A stretch of 64,000 nucleotides of DNA from Candidatus Saccharimonadota bacterium (GCA_037200465.1 JBBCFY010000001.1:18885-82884), one strand, 5' to 3'; counted from the first letter of the stretch, positions 45,838 to 54,877 are shown. The notes: a model not told the origin generated them from the sequence alone. Numbers and translations: made by a program.

Positions 45838-46413
45838 ATGATAGCGACACTAACGGGCGTGGTAAGCGAGAAGCCGGGCGACATGGTCGTGCTGGACGTG
45901 CAGGGCGTGGGGTACGGGCTGCAGGTGACGGCCGAGGATTTCGGGCGGCTACCGACCGGCGAAAAGGCAAAGCTCTATGTGCACGAACATGTGCGCGAGC
46001 AGGCGTATGATCTATTCGGCTTCGTTAGTTTAGATACTAAACGATTATTTGAGCAATTGCTGGGCGTGAAAAATGTGGGTCCAAAAGTGGCGCTCGCGGT
46101 GTTGGATATCGGCAATGCGGCCGGTGTACGCGGGGCCATCGCTGCTGGCGATGTGAAACTGCTGCAGAGCGCCAAAGGCGTAGGCAAGCGTGCCGCCGAG
46201 CAGATAGTGGTCGAGCTGCGCGACAAAGTCGGTTTGAGCAGCACTGACACGGCCGAAGGTATCGTGTCCCGTCCCGGCATCAATACCCAGGACGAAGCCG
46301 CCGAAGCCCTCATCTCCCTCGGCTACTCCCCGCAGGACGCGACGCTGGCACTCAAAGATATCGATGCCGACTTACCGGTCGAGGAGCGTATCAAACTGGC
46401 CCTCAAGAACTAG
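45838..46413 (+). CDS. ruvA: Holliday junction branch migration complex subunit RuvA
   Basis: MIATLTGVV...VLDVQGVGYGL, HhH motifs GVKNVGPKVALAVL and KGVGKRAAEQIV, and C-terminal domain III. Confidence 0.93.
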   Translation: MIATLTGVVSEKPGDMVVLDVQGVGYGLQVTAEDFGRLPTGEKAKLYVHEHVREQAYDLFGFVSLDTKRLFEQLLGVKNVGPKVALAVLDIGNAAGVRGAIAAGDVKLLQSAKGVGKRAAEQIVVELRDKVGLSSTDTAEGIVSRPGINTQDEAAEALISLGYSPQDATLALKDIDADLPVEERIKLALKN

Positions 46414-47510
46414 CGTTTATGGTGGATGCGGACCAGCGCGAACTCGCGTTTTTCGCCGAGCCAGAAGCTAAGGGCCATCAGACCGATCACCAGGTAGAAC
46501 GGCCAGGCTAGCAGCAACCACTTGGTGGTGTTAGCCAGCCGTTTGGCGCCGCCCGGGTTGGTTGCCGTCCCGGCCGTACCGGTGCCTCCATTGCTGCTGG
46601 CTGTGTTCAGGAACGGAGCTTTACCGGACGAGTCGGTTATGAGCGCCGCCAGCTGGGTGACATGGGTTTGGCCCGCGTTATCCACTGACTTGATGACGAC
46701 CGGGTAGTACCCGGCAGCGGCGTACCGGTGCTGGATGCTGAACACCGGGTCTCCGGGAAAACTCAGCTTGGATGTCTTGCTATCACCCCAGTCAATTGTC
46801 ACCGTATAGGGAGGCGTACCGCCCTCCAGGTCCAGCTGCCAGGTGAAGGTCTGATGGGAGGGGAACGTTTGGAAATGAAAGTCACTGGTCAGCAGCAGCG
46901 GCGCGGCAACTGTCGGCGCAGCTGTATCAGCGGGCGCCGGCGCGGCCGTCGTGCCGGCGCTGCCGTGGGTCTCCGTGGCCTTGGCAGCTGGCGGTTGGTA
47001 CACGACTGTGATACTGGGCGTCGGCGGGCCTTGCAGATCAGTCTGGTTGTAGTCTTGGATGGTAAGCGTGTTATTGCCCGGATACAGCGAGGTCGTGATC
47101 CGGTAGGTACCGCTGCCGCTGCACCAGGCGACGCCATTGAAGGCACCGTTCAGGGTAAGTACTACATACGAAAGTGACGGACATGAGCCGGAGACATCTA
47201 CGGCCGAGGATGTCAAGACTGCTTTGTCGCTCGGCGCGTCAATAGTAGCTGCCGCCTGCAGCGCCGGCGCCTCGACCGTGGCCGAAATGAGGGTCGCCGC
47301 GATGACCTGGTACGTCCAACCGGCCATGAACACGCCGGCGCAGAGGAGGATGAAGGTGCTGAGCGGGTGCAGCAACAGGCGTTTGTGGAACGGATAGGCG
47401 CTGCGGCGGGCCTGCTTGGCAATGATCGCGGCCCGATGTTTTATGATGCGGGCGTGCAGTGTCTTTTTGCTGCGCTGGGCTGTTTTACGTTTGGGTTTTT
47501 TAGTGCTCAT
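46410..47510 (-). CDS. membrane protein with Ig-like and PKD-like extracytoplasmic domains (N- and C-terminal TMs)
   Basis: Basic N-terminus plus TM, the PKD-like signature GGTPPYTVTIDWGDS, and a C-terminal TM plus basic tail. 366 aa. Confidence 0.6.
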   Translation of the reverse strand: MSTKKPKRKTAQRSKKTLHARIIKHRAAIIAKQARRSAYPFHKRLLLHPLSTFILLCAGVFMAGWTYQVIAATLISATVEAPALQAAATIDAPSDKAVLTSSAVDVSGSCPSLSYVVLTLNGAFNGVAWCSGSGTYRITTSLYPGNNTLTIQDYNQTDLQGPPTPSITVVYQPPAAKATETHGSAGTTAAPAPADTAAPTVAAPLLLTSDFHFQTFPSHQTFTWQLDLEGGTPPYTVTIDWGDSKTSKLSFPGDPVFSIQHRYAAAGYYPVVIKSVDNAGQTHVTQLAALITDSSGKAPFLNTASSNGGTGTAGTATNPGGAKRLANTTKWLLLAWPFYLVIGLMALSFWLGEKREFALVRIHHKR

Positions 47511-47524
47511 GAAGCTTTGGTGGA

Positions 47525-47671
47525 TCAGGGGCCGTAGCCGCGCATGCCGTAACCGGGCAGCTCTGAAGGCGAGGAGTCGATACCCCGGGTGAAGGCCCCC
47601 AAGAACGCAGAAATGCCGGCAAACCCAACTACACCCGACAACAGCGCGAGCAAGAACTGCTTGCGCGTCAT
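47525..47671 (-). CDS. possible small membrane protein (48 aa)
   Basis: ATG 47671. MTRKQFLLALLSGVVGFAGISAFLGAF... ends 14 nt before the next gene start. Below the track cut-off, and the SD spacing is poor. Confidence 0.3.
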   Translation of the reverse strand: MTRKQFLLALLSGVVGFAGISAFLGAFTRGIDSSPSELPGYGMRGYGP

Positions 47672-47772
47672 CTCCTTTTCCAAAAGCTTTTCTATCTTGG
47701 CCAAAACAGTCTGCCTATTTATATTCGCTTACGCTTAGCTTAGGTGATGAATGCGAGGCTGTCAAGAGGTGG

Positions 47773-48393
47773 CTAATTGGCTACGGCCGTATACGTCACC
47801 TGAGTGCTGTAGGTGCCGCTGGCGACGGCAGTGTCAGCGCAGACTCCGTACCACACGCTGGTGACGACAGCCGGATCCGCAGCAGCGTCGGTGTCGGCAA
47901 GTGTGTCGGCTGTTGCGTTGCTGGCCGGCACGCCTGCGAACGAGAGTGAGCTGCTGCTGACATCTGTCTGGGCCGATGTGGGGCCGCTGCCGAACCCGCC
48001 CGCGCCGTCCACGCGGTAACCCCAATGATTGATCGCCAATGTCACGGGGCTGCTCAGCGTGCCGGCGGAAGCGGTGATGCCGTGCGCTCCCGACTTCAGA
48101 GAAGTATCGGTGCCGCTATCGGCCAGCGTGAGGCTGAAGCCGTTCGAGTTATCGGTGAATACCGACACCTGATCTTTCTGGATACTGCAGCTGCCGGTCG
48201 GGCTGGGCGTCAGGCTGATGCCGACACTGCTGCTGGTAGTGATGCTGACACTGCAGGACCCATACTGGCAGGCGCTGTACGTGCCGCTGCCGTACTGGAT
48301 GGCTGCTGCCCGCCAGGGTACCATAAGGAGCGCGAACAGGCCGGCTGCGACAGCCATACCTCCATATATCCGTGACGTGCGGCACCGGACCAC
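47773..48393 (-). CDS. secreted Thr/Ser/Gly-rich beta-type surface protein (WxL-domain-like or SCPU-like), paralog of 49335..49976
   Basis: Signal peptide present. The C-terminal half is shared with its paralog: WGYRVDG.GGFGSGPTS ... VWY ... A.GTY...VTYT..AN. Family assignment is tentative. Confidence 0.55.
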   Translation of the reverse strand: MVRCRTSRIYGGMAVAAGLFALLMVPWRAAAIQYGSGTYSACQYGSCSVSITTSSSVGISLTPSPTGSCSIQKDQVSVFTDNSNGFSLTLADSGTDTSLKSGAHGITASAGTLSSPVTLAINHWGYRVDGAGGFGSGPTSAQTDVSSSSLSFAGVPASNATADTLADTDAAADPAVVTSVWYGVCADTAVASGTYSTQVTYTAVAN

Positions 48394-48394
48394 T

Positions 48395-49318
48395 TCAAGT
48401 TCCCATATCTGGCGCCGGTGATCGCTTGTGTGCGCGCCGCCGCCGGCGCAGCAGACGGTACAGACCGAATAACAGTATCAGCAAGATGATGCCGGCAAAT
48501 ATGATCCTGACGGCGGGTGCCATCACTAGGACATATCTCGTGGGCAACTGCTCTTTGGCATCCACTATCGTGGCCGAACCGGTGACTTTGAAGAGTCCGA
48601 GCGGCGGTGCGTTGGCCCAGGTGGCCGGGATGCGCCGGATAGTCTCCGGCAGGATCTCTTTCTGAGTATTCAGCGTGAACTTGGCGCGGCCGAATACGTC
48701 GCTGACCACGATCTGCACGTTCGAGGCATAGTGCACGCCGCCGTCGTTTTCCAACCGTACGGTGCTGGTAAGCGGTTGCTTCTGCAGGAACGGCACCGAC
48801 CAGCTCGTCAATTTTCCGGCCTGTTTGACCGGCCCGGACACCGTGATGTAGAAGATCTCGCCGACCCGTTCATTGATAACTACGCCCTGGTTCGGGGGCG
48901 CCTTCGTTTCGGCGAATGCCACCGCGTAGTAACCGCCCGGCTGGGTGCCGGCCGGCACGCTCAGTGTATAGCCGACGGTCAGGGCTTGTCCCGGCTTGCT
49001 GTCGGCTCCGGCGGTGGTAAATTTCAGCCAGTCGGCCACGTTGGCATGCCCCGGCAGTGCCGTAAAATCGGGCGTGTATTCTTCGCCCTGTACCGAATAC
49101 GGCGCGGAGTAAATGGTGACGGAAAAGTCCTGCTCTCCCTGATTGATGATCTGGAACGTGCCGTGTATCGAAGCGCCGGGGTCGATGGTGGGCTTGGTGG
49201 TGGCAGGCGAGACGGTCAGTGTCTTGTCGCCCGGTGCAGCACCGGCAGTACTGCCGGTGCCAATGATTCCCAAAAACATGGCCGCCACCGCCAGCAGACA
49301 AACCGCCACTCGTCTCAT
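48395..49318 (-). CDS. DUF916/DUF3324-like cell-surface protein (CscA/WxL-interacting type)
   Basis: Signal peptide, two beta-rich domains (TFQIINQGEQDFSVTIYSAPY...), then a C-terminal TM plus RRRRRA tail. This is the architecture of WxL-cluster DUF916 proteins. Confidence 0.55.
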   Translation of the reverse strand: MRRVAVCLLAVAAMFLGIIGTGSTAGAAPGDKTLTVSPATTKPTIDPGASIHGTFQIINQGEQDFSVTIYSAPYSVQGEEYTPDFTALPGHANVADWLKFTTAGADSKPGQALTVGYTLSVPAGTQPGGYYAVAFAETKAPPNQGVVINERVGEIFYITVSGPVKQAGKLTSWSVPFLQKQPLTSTVRLENDGGVHYASNVQIVVSDVFGRAKFTLNTQKEILPETIRRIPATWANAPPLGLFKVTGSATIVDAKEQLPTRYVLVMAPAVRIIFAGIILLILLFGLYRLLRRRRRAHKRSPAPDMGT

Positions 49319-49334
49319 GGCTCTAGTATACCTG

Positions 49335-49976
49335 CTAGTTGGCGGTTACCGTATAGGTAACGTTGTTCGTGTAAGTGCCGGTTGCCTGGGTGGTATCGGC
49401 CGCGGTGGCATACCAGACGGTCGTCGTGTCGCTTGCTGCGACGCCGGAAGTAGTTTTGAGCGTATTCGGTGAGCCGGTGGCCGGTACGGCGGCGAACTTG
49501 ACACTGCCGATAGCCTGGCTGCTGGCGCCGCTGGTCGGGCCGCTGCCAAACCCGCCGATGCCGTCCACGCGGTAACCCCAGGTGTTGACCGACATGGCAA
49601 CCGGACTGGCCTGCGTGCCGGAGGAATGCGGAATGGTGTTGCCGCCGGAGACAAGGGAGGTTCCGGCGCCGGTTTCACCGAGCACCAGCGTATAGCCGGA
49701 GCTGTCATTGGTGCTGACAGTAACGGTGTCGCTGGCGATGGTTTGTGCGCCGGCACCGGTCGGAGCGACGTTGACATTCACCGTGCTATCGGTGGTAAAC
49801 AAGCTGATGACTGAGCCGATGGCAGAGCTGATGGTCGTGGACTGGGTGTCGGCCCCGGCTACGACGGGCGAGCCGACGACCAAGACCACTAGCAGACCGC
49901 TAGCTGCCCAATAACGCAAACGGCCGGTCGCTATGTGCCTGGGCAATCGAGTTGCGGACTGTTTAATCATATCCAA
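49335..49976 (-). CDS. secreted Thr/Ser/Gly-rich beta-type surface protein, paralog of 47773..48393
   Basis: N-terminal TM/signal, TWGYRVDGIGGFGSGPTSG, and the C-terminus GTYTNNVTYTVTAN. Confidence 0.55.
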   Translation of the reverse strand: MDMIKQSATRLPRHIATGRLRYWAASGLLVVLVVGSPVVAGADTQSTTISSAIGSVISLFTTDSTVNVNVAPTGAGAQTIASDTVTVSTNDSSGYTLVLGETGAGTSLVSGGNTIPHSSGTQASPVAMSVNTWGYRVDGIGGFGSGPTSGASSQAIGSVKFAAVPATGSPNTLKTTSGVAASDTTTVWYATAADTTQATGTYTNNVTYTVTAN

Positions 49977-50151
49977 TATATTGTTTATGCTTTACTTATG
50001 CTCATCATACCGCCTACCTGCGGTTATAGTCAAACATTCCTGAAGAGTGCCGATTGAGGCGCCGTAAGATTGTCTGACCGATGAAGGTTATGGTATTGTA
50101 AAAGTATTGCTGACAACAGCGCATGTTTTCGGGTAAATAAAGGGAAATATC

Positions 50152-50559
50152 ATGGCACGTCTGCCGGTAACGGGGGGAGATAACGATAGTTGGGGAAGCC
50201 TCCTCAACGATTTTTTGCAGCAGGCGCTCGATTCCGACGGTACGCTGCTCACCGGCTCCACGAACACCTACACTGCCTCTGCCAACACCAACCTGGCGAG
50301 CGGCAGCAAGCCCGGCTTGGTCCAGCTCGCCGGTGATTTGACGACACCGGTTACGGCACCGAAAGTTACCGGTCTGCAAGGGAAAGCAGTCGCCACGGAC
50401 ACGCCGCTCGACAACCAAGTATTGACCTGGCAGGCTTCGAGCAGCAGCTGGAAGCCGCTGACACCCAGTAGCGGCGGCGTTTTGGGTGATATCGATGGCG
50501 GCAGTTCCAGTTCGGTGTACGGCGGCGTCACGGCGATAGATTGCGGGGCATCCGTCTGA
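50152..50559 (+). CDS. phage minor-tail/tail-fibre N-terminal-like protein (135 aa)
   Basis: MARLPVTGGDNDSWGSLLNDFL... and GLVQLAGDL...P.VTGLQG...QVLTW...W.P resemble conserved N-terminal modules of actinophage tail proteins, recalled from memory. TGATG overlap with the next gene. Confidence 0.55.
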   Translation: MARLPVTGGDNDSWGSLLNDFLQQALDSDGTLLTGSTNTYTASANTNLASGSKPGLVQLAGDLTTPVTAPKVTGLQGKAVATDTPLDNQVLTWQASSSSWKPLTPSSGGVLGDIDGGSSSSVYGGVTAIDCGASV

Positions 50560-51593
50560 TGGCTGCGCAGATCCAATTCCGCCGCGACACTGCGGCCAAC
50601 TGGACATCCAACAACCCCACCTTAGCTCAAGGCGAAGTCGGGCTTGAGACGGACACGAATTCCTACAAGATAGGTGACGGCAGCACTGCCTGGAACAGTA
50701 TGGGCTACAGACAATTAGCCCCGGAAATCACGAGTTTGTTGCTGGACGGGCAGGGCAGTGATGCGTCTGCGCCTCGTTCCGGTGATCTGACGGTTTACGC
50801 AAAGGCCATTGCCGGCCGTATGATGCTGAAGCAAGTTGGCCCTTCGGGCTTAGCTACCGCGCTGCAGCCATTCCTGGCCCGCAACAAAGTCGCCATGTGG
50901 AACCCTTCGGGAAACAGCACCACCGTACCTGGAATCTTTGGCTACACGGCACCCACCACGAATGGGACGCTGACCTCGCGGAGTGTCGCGAGCAGTGGTC
51001 TCTTCGTCCGGATGCGCCGCATGAGCTATGTCTCGGCAGCTGGTGCCGGCTCACTCTGTTACCAGTATGTCGCAGTCGCGCAGGTTACTCTCGGTGACGG
51101 CGCGGGCAACGGCGGCTTTCATAAAATAACGCGTTTCGGCATCAGTGACGCGGCTGCGGTGACCGGCGCGCGGATGTTCTGCGGGGTCAGTTCGTCCACC
51201 AGCGCACCGACTAACGTCGAACCCTCCACGCTGACGAATTCCATCGGCATCGGCCATGGCGCTGCCGATACCACTATGCATATATATTGCGGCGGTTCGA
51301 GTGCCCAGACACCGATCGACCTGGGCAGCAACTTTCCCTGTAGCACGCGCAACACGGATATGTATGAACTTGCGCTGTTCGCACCGCCGAACAGTAACAA
51401 CACCGTCTACTACGAGGTAACCCGCCTGAACACCGGCAATGTGGCTACCGGTACTCTGACCGGTACCGCCGGGACCGATGTACCCGACCCCTCTACCCTG
51501 CTGTCTTATCAGCGTATCTGGCGGACCAACAACGCCACCGCCTTGGCGGTCGCCTACGACATCGTGTCAGACTACATAGAAACGGATAATTAG
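50559..51593 (+). CDS. tail-fibre-like protein with Mtd_N/hyaluronidase-N-type head motif (344 aa)
   Basis: The N-terminus IQFRRDTAANWTSNNPTLAQGEVGLETDTNSYKIGDGSTAWNSM matches the phage tail-fibre N-terminal repeat motif. The C-terminal approximately 270 aa are beta-rich and about 55% identical (by eye) to the next gene. Confidence 0.6.
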   Translation: MAAQIQFRRDTAANWTSNNPTLAQGEVGLETDTNSYKIGDGSTAWNSMGYRQLAPEITSLLLDGQGSDASAPRSGDLTVYAKAIAGRMMLKQVGPSGLATALQPFLARNKVAMWNPSGNSTTVPGIFGYTAPTTNGTLTSRSVASSGLFVRMRRMSYVSAAGAGSLCYQYVAVAQVTLGDGAGNGGFHKITRFGISDAAAVTGARMFCGVSSSTSAPTNVEPSTLTNSIGIGHGAADTTMHIYCGGSSAQTPIDLGSNFPCSTRNTDMYELALFAPPNSNNTVYYEVTRLNTGNVATGTLTGTAGTDVPDPSTLLSYQRIWRTNNATALAVAYDIVSDYIETDN

Positions 51594-51595
51594 CC

Positions 51596-52636
51596 GTGGC
51601 CGTACAGATAAAATGGCGGCGTGATACGGCGGCTAACTGGAGTACCAATAACCCTACCTTGGCTGCCGGCGAGCCGGGGTTCGAGACTGACACCGGCCAA
51701 TACAAGATAGGGGATGGGACCAGTGCCTGGAACAGTCTGGCACATGGCTCCTTCTCAGCAAACCCTTTGGCGGTCCTCTTTGCCGACCAGTCGAGCGGTA
51801 CCGATCCCGCCGCTCCGTCGGCCGGCAACCTGTTGCTGTACGGGAAGACGACCGCCGGGCGTATGATGCTGAAGTACATCGATCCTTCGGGCATGAACAC
51901 TGCCGTCCAGCCGTTCTTCGGCCGGACCAAGGCGGGATACTGGAATCCGCAGGGGAATTCGGCTACGTTGCCCGCCGTTTTCGGCTTCGCCAGCCCTACC
52001 GTCGTCGGCACCGCTACGGCAGCAAATGTCGCGACAACTAATCTGTTCACGCGGATGCGCCGGATCAGCTTCGTATCGGCAGCGACGGTCGGGTCACTCT
52101 GCGGCAGCCACCTGAACACAGCCGGAATTACCCTGGGCGATGGTTTTGGCAATGGGGGATTCTATAAGCTCATCCGGTTCGGATGCAGCGATCCTGCTAC
52201 TGTCGCTGGCGCGCGGATGTTCTGTGGGGTCAGCCAATCTGCCGGTACTCCTGCCAATGCCGAGCCGTCGACGTTTACGAACCTCATCGGTATCGGCCAT
52301 GGCGCCGCCGATACCAGCATGTCGATATATTATGGAGGTTCAACGGCCCAAGCTCCGATTGCGCTCGGTGCGAATTTCCCCGCTAACACATTGTCTGCCG
52401 ATGTCTATGAGCTTGCACTCTACGCGCCCCCCAACCAGTATGCTATCTATTATGAGGTCACGGTGCTCAATAGCGGTTATGTGGCCAGCGGTGTGATACA
52501 AGGCGACGGTGCCGGCACTGTCCTGCCGGTATCATCGATGCTTATGACTATCAGTCAGAACTGGCGGACGAACAATGCCACTGCTCTGGCGGTAAGCCTC
52601 GATATCATGAGCGAGTACATCGAAACCGACTATTAG
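51596..52636 (+). CDS. tail-fibre-like protein, tandem paralog of 50559..51593 (346 aa)
   Basis: IKWRRDTAANWSTNNPTLAAGEPGFETDTGQYKIGDGTSAWNSL, collinear with the preceding gene through to the shared ...WRTNNATALAV..DI.S.YIETD. C-terminus. Confidence 0.6.
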   Translation: MAVQIKWRRDTAANWSTNNPTLAAGEPGFETDTGQYKIGDGTSAWNSLAHGSFSANPLAVLFADQSSGTDPAAPSAGNLLLYGKTTAGRMMLKYIDPSGMNTAVQPFFGRTKAGYWNPQGNSATLPAVFGFASPTVVGTATAANVATTNLFTRMRRISFVSAATVGSLCGSHLNTAGITLGDGFGNGGFYKLIRFGCSDPATVAGARMFCGVSQSAGTPANAEPSTFTNLIGIGHGAADTSMSIYYGGSTAQAPIALGANFPANTLSADVYELALYAPPNQYAIYYEVTVLNSGYVASGVIQGDGAGTVLPVSSMLMTISQNWRTNNATALAVSLDIMSEYIETDY

Positions 52637-52694
52637 TGAACGCAGTAAAATATACCACTGGCGATGAGCTTACGCTTATTGCGGTATAATACAT

Positions 52695-53729
52695 TTGATG
52701 ATCGAACGAATAGTTGGCGCGGTACCGGTAGATGATGACGAGGTCGAACAGGAGTTCGAGCTCAAGCTGCGGCCACATGATTTCGCCAACTATATCGGGC
52801 AGGATAGGCTGAAGCAGAATCTGCAATTGGCCATAACGGCGGCCAAGAAGCGCGGAGAAGCGCTGGACCATGTGCTGCTGTACGGGCCGCCGGGGCTCGG
52901 TAAGACCACCATGGCCAGCGTGATAGCGAACGAGATGGGCGCGCAGATCCGTATAACCTCCGGTCCGGCAATTGAACGGGCGGGAGACCTGGCCAGCCTG
53001 CTCACCAACCTGCAGGACGGCGATATCCTCTTTATAGATGAGATACACCGGCTGCACCGGACGGTTGAGGAGGTGCTCTACAGCGCCATGGAAGATTACA
53101 AACTGGATATCATGCTCGGCAAAGGGCCATCGGCCCGTAGCTTGCGGCTCGATTTACCCCAGTTTACGCTGATAGGGGCGACCACCCGCACCGGCGCCCT
53201 GGCCGCACCGCTGCGCGATCGCTTCGGCCACATTCACCGGCTGGAATTCTATACACCGGAACAGGTGCAGCAGATCATCGAGCGGGCGGCAAATATCCTA
53301 ACGATTAAGATAAATGGGGAAGCGGCACTGAAGCTGGCGGAGCGCAGCCGGCTGACGCCCCGTATCGCCAACCGCCTCTTGAAACGCGTCCGCGACTATG
53401 CCGATGTCAACGGCGACGGCATCATCGACCTGAACATTTCGACCAAGGCGCTCGAGCTGCTCGAGATAGACGAGCTGGGGCTGGACCCGGCCGACCGCAT
53501 GCTGCTGCACGCCATCATCGACAGTTACAACGGCGGTCCGGTCGGGGTTGAAACGCTGGCCGCCATCACCAGCGAAGAGCGCACCACCATCGAAGATTTC
53601 ATAGAGCCCTACCTGATGCAGATCGGTCTGCTGGAGCGCACGCCGCGCGGTCGCAAGGTGACGCACAAAACCTACAAGCACCTCGGCAAGCAGCCGCCGA
53701 AAGACAATCCGCAGACAAGCCTGGTATAA
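52695..53729 (+). CDS. ruvB: Holliday junction branch migration DNA helicase RuvB
   Basis: [12 protein letters not shown], Walker [10 protein letters not shown], Walker [10 protein letters not shown], and [18 protein letters not shown] at 52698 is also possible. Confidence 0.96.
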   Translation: MMIERIVGAVPVDDDEVEQEFELKLRPHDFANYIGQDRLKQNLQLAITAAKKRGEALDHVLLYGPPGLGKTTMASVIANEMGAQIRITSGPAIERAGDLASLLTNLQDGDILFIDEIHRLHRTVEEVLYSAMEDYKLDIMLGKGPSARSLRLDLPQFTLIGATTRTGALAAPLRDRFGHIHRLEFYTPEQVQQIIERAANILTIKINGEAALKLAERSRLTPRIANRLLKRVRDYADVNGDGIIDLNISTKALELLEIDELGLDPADRMLLHAIIDSYNGGPVGVETLAAITSEERTTIEDFIEPYLMQIGLLERTPRGRKVTHKTYKHLGKQPPKDNPQTSLV

Positions 53730-53741
53730 TACAAGGCGACT

Positions 53742-54554
53742 ATGGATCCCAACCAACCTTCCGAGCCAGCCAACGATCCGCTGCAAAACATAAACAACCC
53801 GCTGAAAGTCATGCAGCAGGGCGAGCGCGTGCTCTGCGAGATACGGCGCCATCCCGTGGGCATCTGGGGCGTGTACGGCATCGTGGCCATCATCATAATC
53901 GCGGCGATCGCGGCGGTGGTCATCGCGCCGAATTACATTTCCGGCATCACCCAATCGACCAAGGCGGCGCTGGCATTGGGAGCGGTCATCGTAGCGGCCA
54001 TTTCCCTGCTCTACACCTATGTGGCGCACGTAGTCTACAGCGGCAACCGCTGGATACTCACCAGTGACAGCCTGACGCAGATCACTCAGGTCGGCCTGTT
54101 CCGCAAGCAAAGCAGCCAACTGTCGCTGGCCAACCTGGAAGACGTCACGGTTGACCAGAACGGCTTGTTCCAGAGCATGGTCGGCTACGGCACGCTCAAG
54201 GTCGAGACGGCCGGCGAACACAGCAAGTTCACCTTCGTCTTCTGTCCGAACCCCAACAAATACGCCAAGGAAATCATCGCCGCACACGAGGCGTACATCG
54301 CTGAAAACCCCGAGGAGATGCACACCACCAACCGCCCGTTGGCCAACACGTCGAGTTTCAACCAGTCGTATGCCCAGCCGATGCCGCAACAGGCTCCCGT
54401 AGGGCAGCAATACCAGCAGTCATACGACCCGACGCAGCAATACGCCCAGCCGCAGTACCAGCAGCCGCAACAGCAACCGCCTTATCAACAGCCCCAAGCC
54501 ACGCCCTACACCGAACCGCCGGAAGCTCCGAACGGCCCCGGCCAGCAAAGCTAG
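53742..54554 (+). CDS. bacterial PH-domain (bPH_2/DUF304, YdbT-like) membrane protein with Gln/Pro-rich tail
   Basis: Two TMs are followed by NRWILTSDSLTQITQVGLFRKQSSQLSLANLEDVTV...GTLKVETAG. The C-terminal 70 aa are Q/P/Y-rich. Confidence 0.7.
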   Translation: MDPNQPSEPANDPLQNINNPLKVMQQGERVLCEIRRHPVGIWGVYGIVAIIIIAAIAAVVIAPNYISGITQSTKAALALGAVIVAAISLLYTYVAHVVYSGNRWILTSDSLTQITQVGLFRKQSSQLSLANLEDVTVDQNGLFQSMVGYGTLKVETAGEHSKFTFVFCPNPNKYAKEIIAAHEAYIAENPEEMHTTNRPLANTSSFNQSYAQPMPQQAPVGQQYQQSYDPTQQYAQPQYQQPQQQPPYQQPQATPYTEPPEAPNGPGQQS

Positions 54555-54559
54555 CGGGT

Positions 54560-54877
54560 TTATTCCTGGAACGGATTGTTGCGAGCGCTTTGGAACAGTG
54601 ATTGTACGCTGACGCTGTTGTCCTGCAGGCTTTGGATCTTCTGGATGGTCGCCGGGTCGATGCGCGGCTGCGGCGTCGACTGGGCGGTCTCTTCGCTCGC
54701 GGACGCCGGCGCGTTGCTGTAGACGTTGATGCGCCACAGAATGTAGCCGTAGATGCCGGCGACTACCAGGAAGAACACGAACACTTTGTAGCCGCTGACC
54801 TTTTGCAGTGCACCTTTGGCCAGGGCCGGCAGGTCGCTTACGTTGAGCTGTTGTTTCGCGGCTTTCTTATCTTTCAT
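54560..54877 (-). CDS. small single-TM protein, last gene of the pilMNO operon (PilP-position)
   Basis: 105 aa with one TM (VFVFFLVVAGIYGYILW). 4-nt overlap with pilO. Confidence 0.5.
   Translation of the reverse strand: MKDKKAAKQQLNVSDLPALAKGALQKVSGYKVFVFFLVVAGIYGYILWRINVYSNAPASASEETAQSTPQPRIDPATIQKIQSLQDNSVSVQSLFQSARNNPFQE

Noticed and set aside
50014-50607. 197-aa minus-strand ORF across the divergent promoter region and antisense to gene 50152..50559.
   Set aside because: Arg/Gly/Cys-rich shadow ORF with no RBS. The plus-strand gene has a recognisable conserved N-terminal motif.
50559-52636. Possible diversity-generating retroelement target, because of the Mtd_N-like N-termini of the two tail-fibre-like paralogs.
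   Set aside because: No reverse transcriptase gene exists in the window. No template/variable repeat pair with adenine-specific differences is visible. The paralogs differ throughout rather than in a short C-terminal VR.
46410-53729. Prophage or tailocin interpretation of the tail-fibre-like region.
   Set aside because: No capsid, portal, terminase, sheath/tube, baseplate, tape-measure, holin/lysin or integrase genes are present. Composition is core-like. The region is kept as an orphan receptor-binding-protein module instead.
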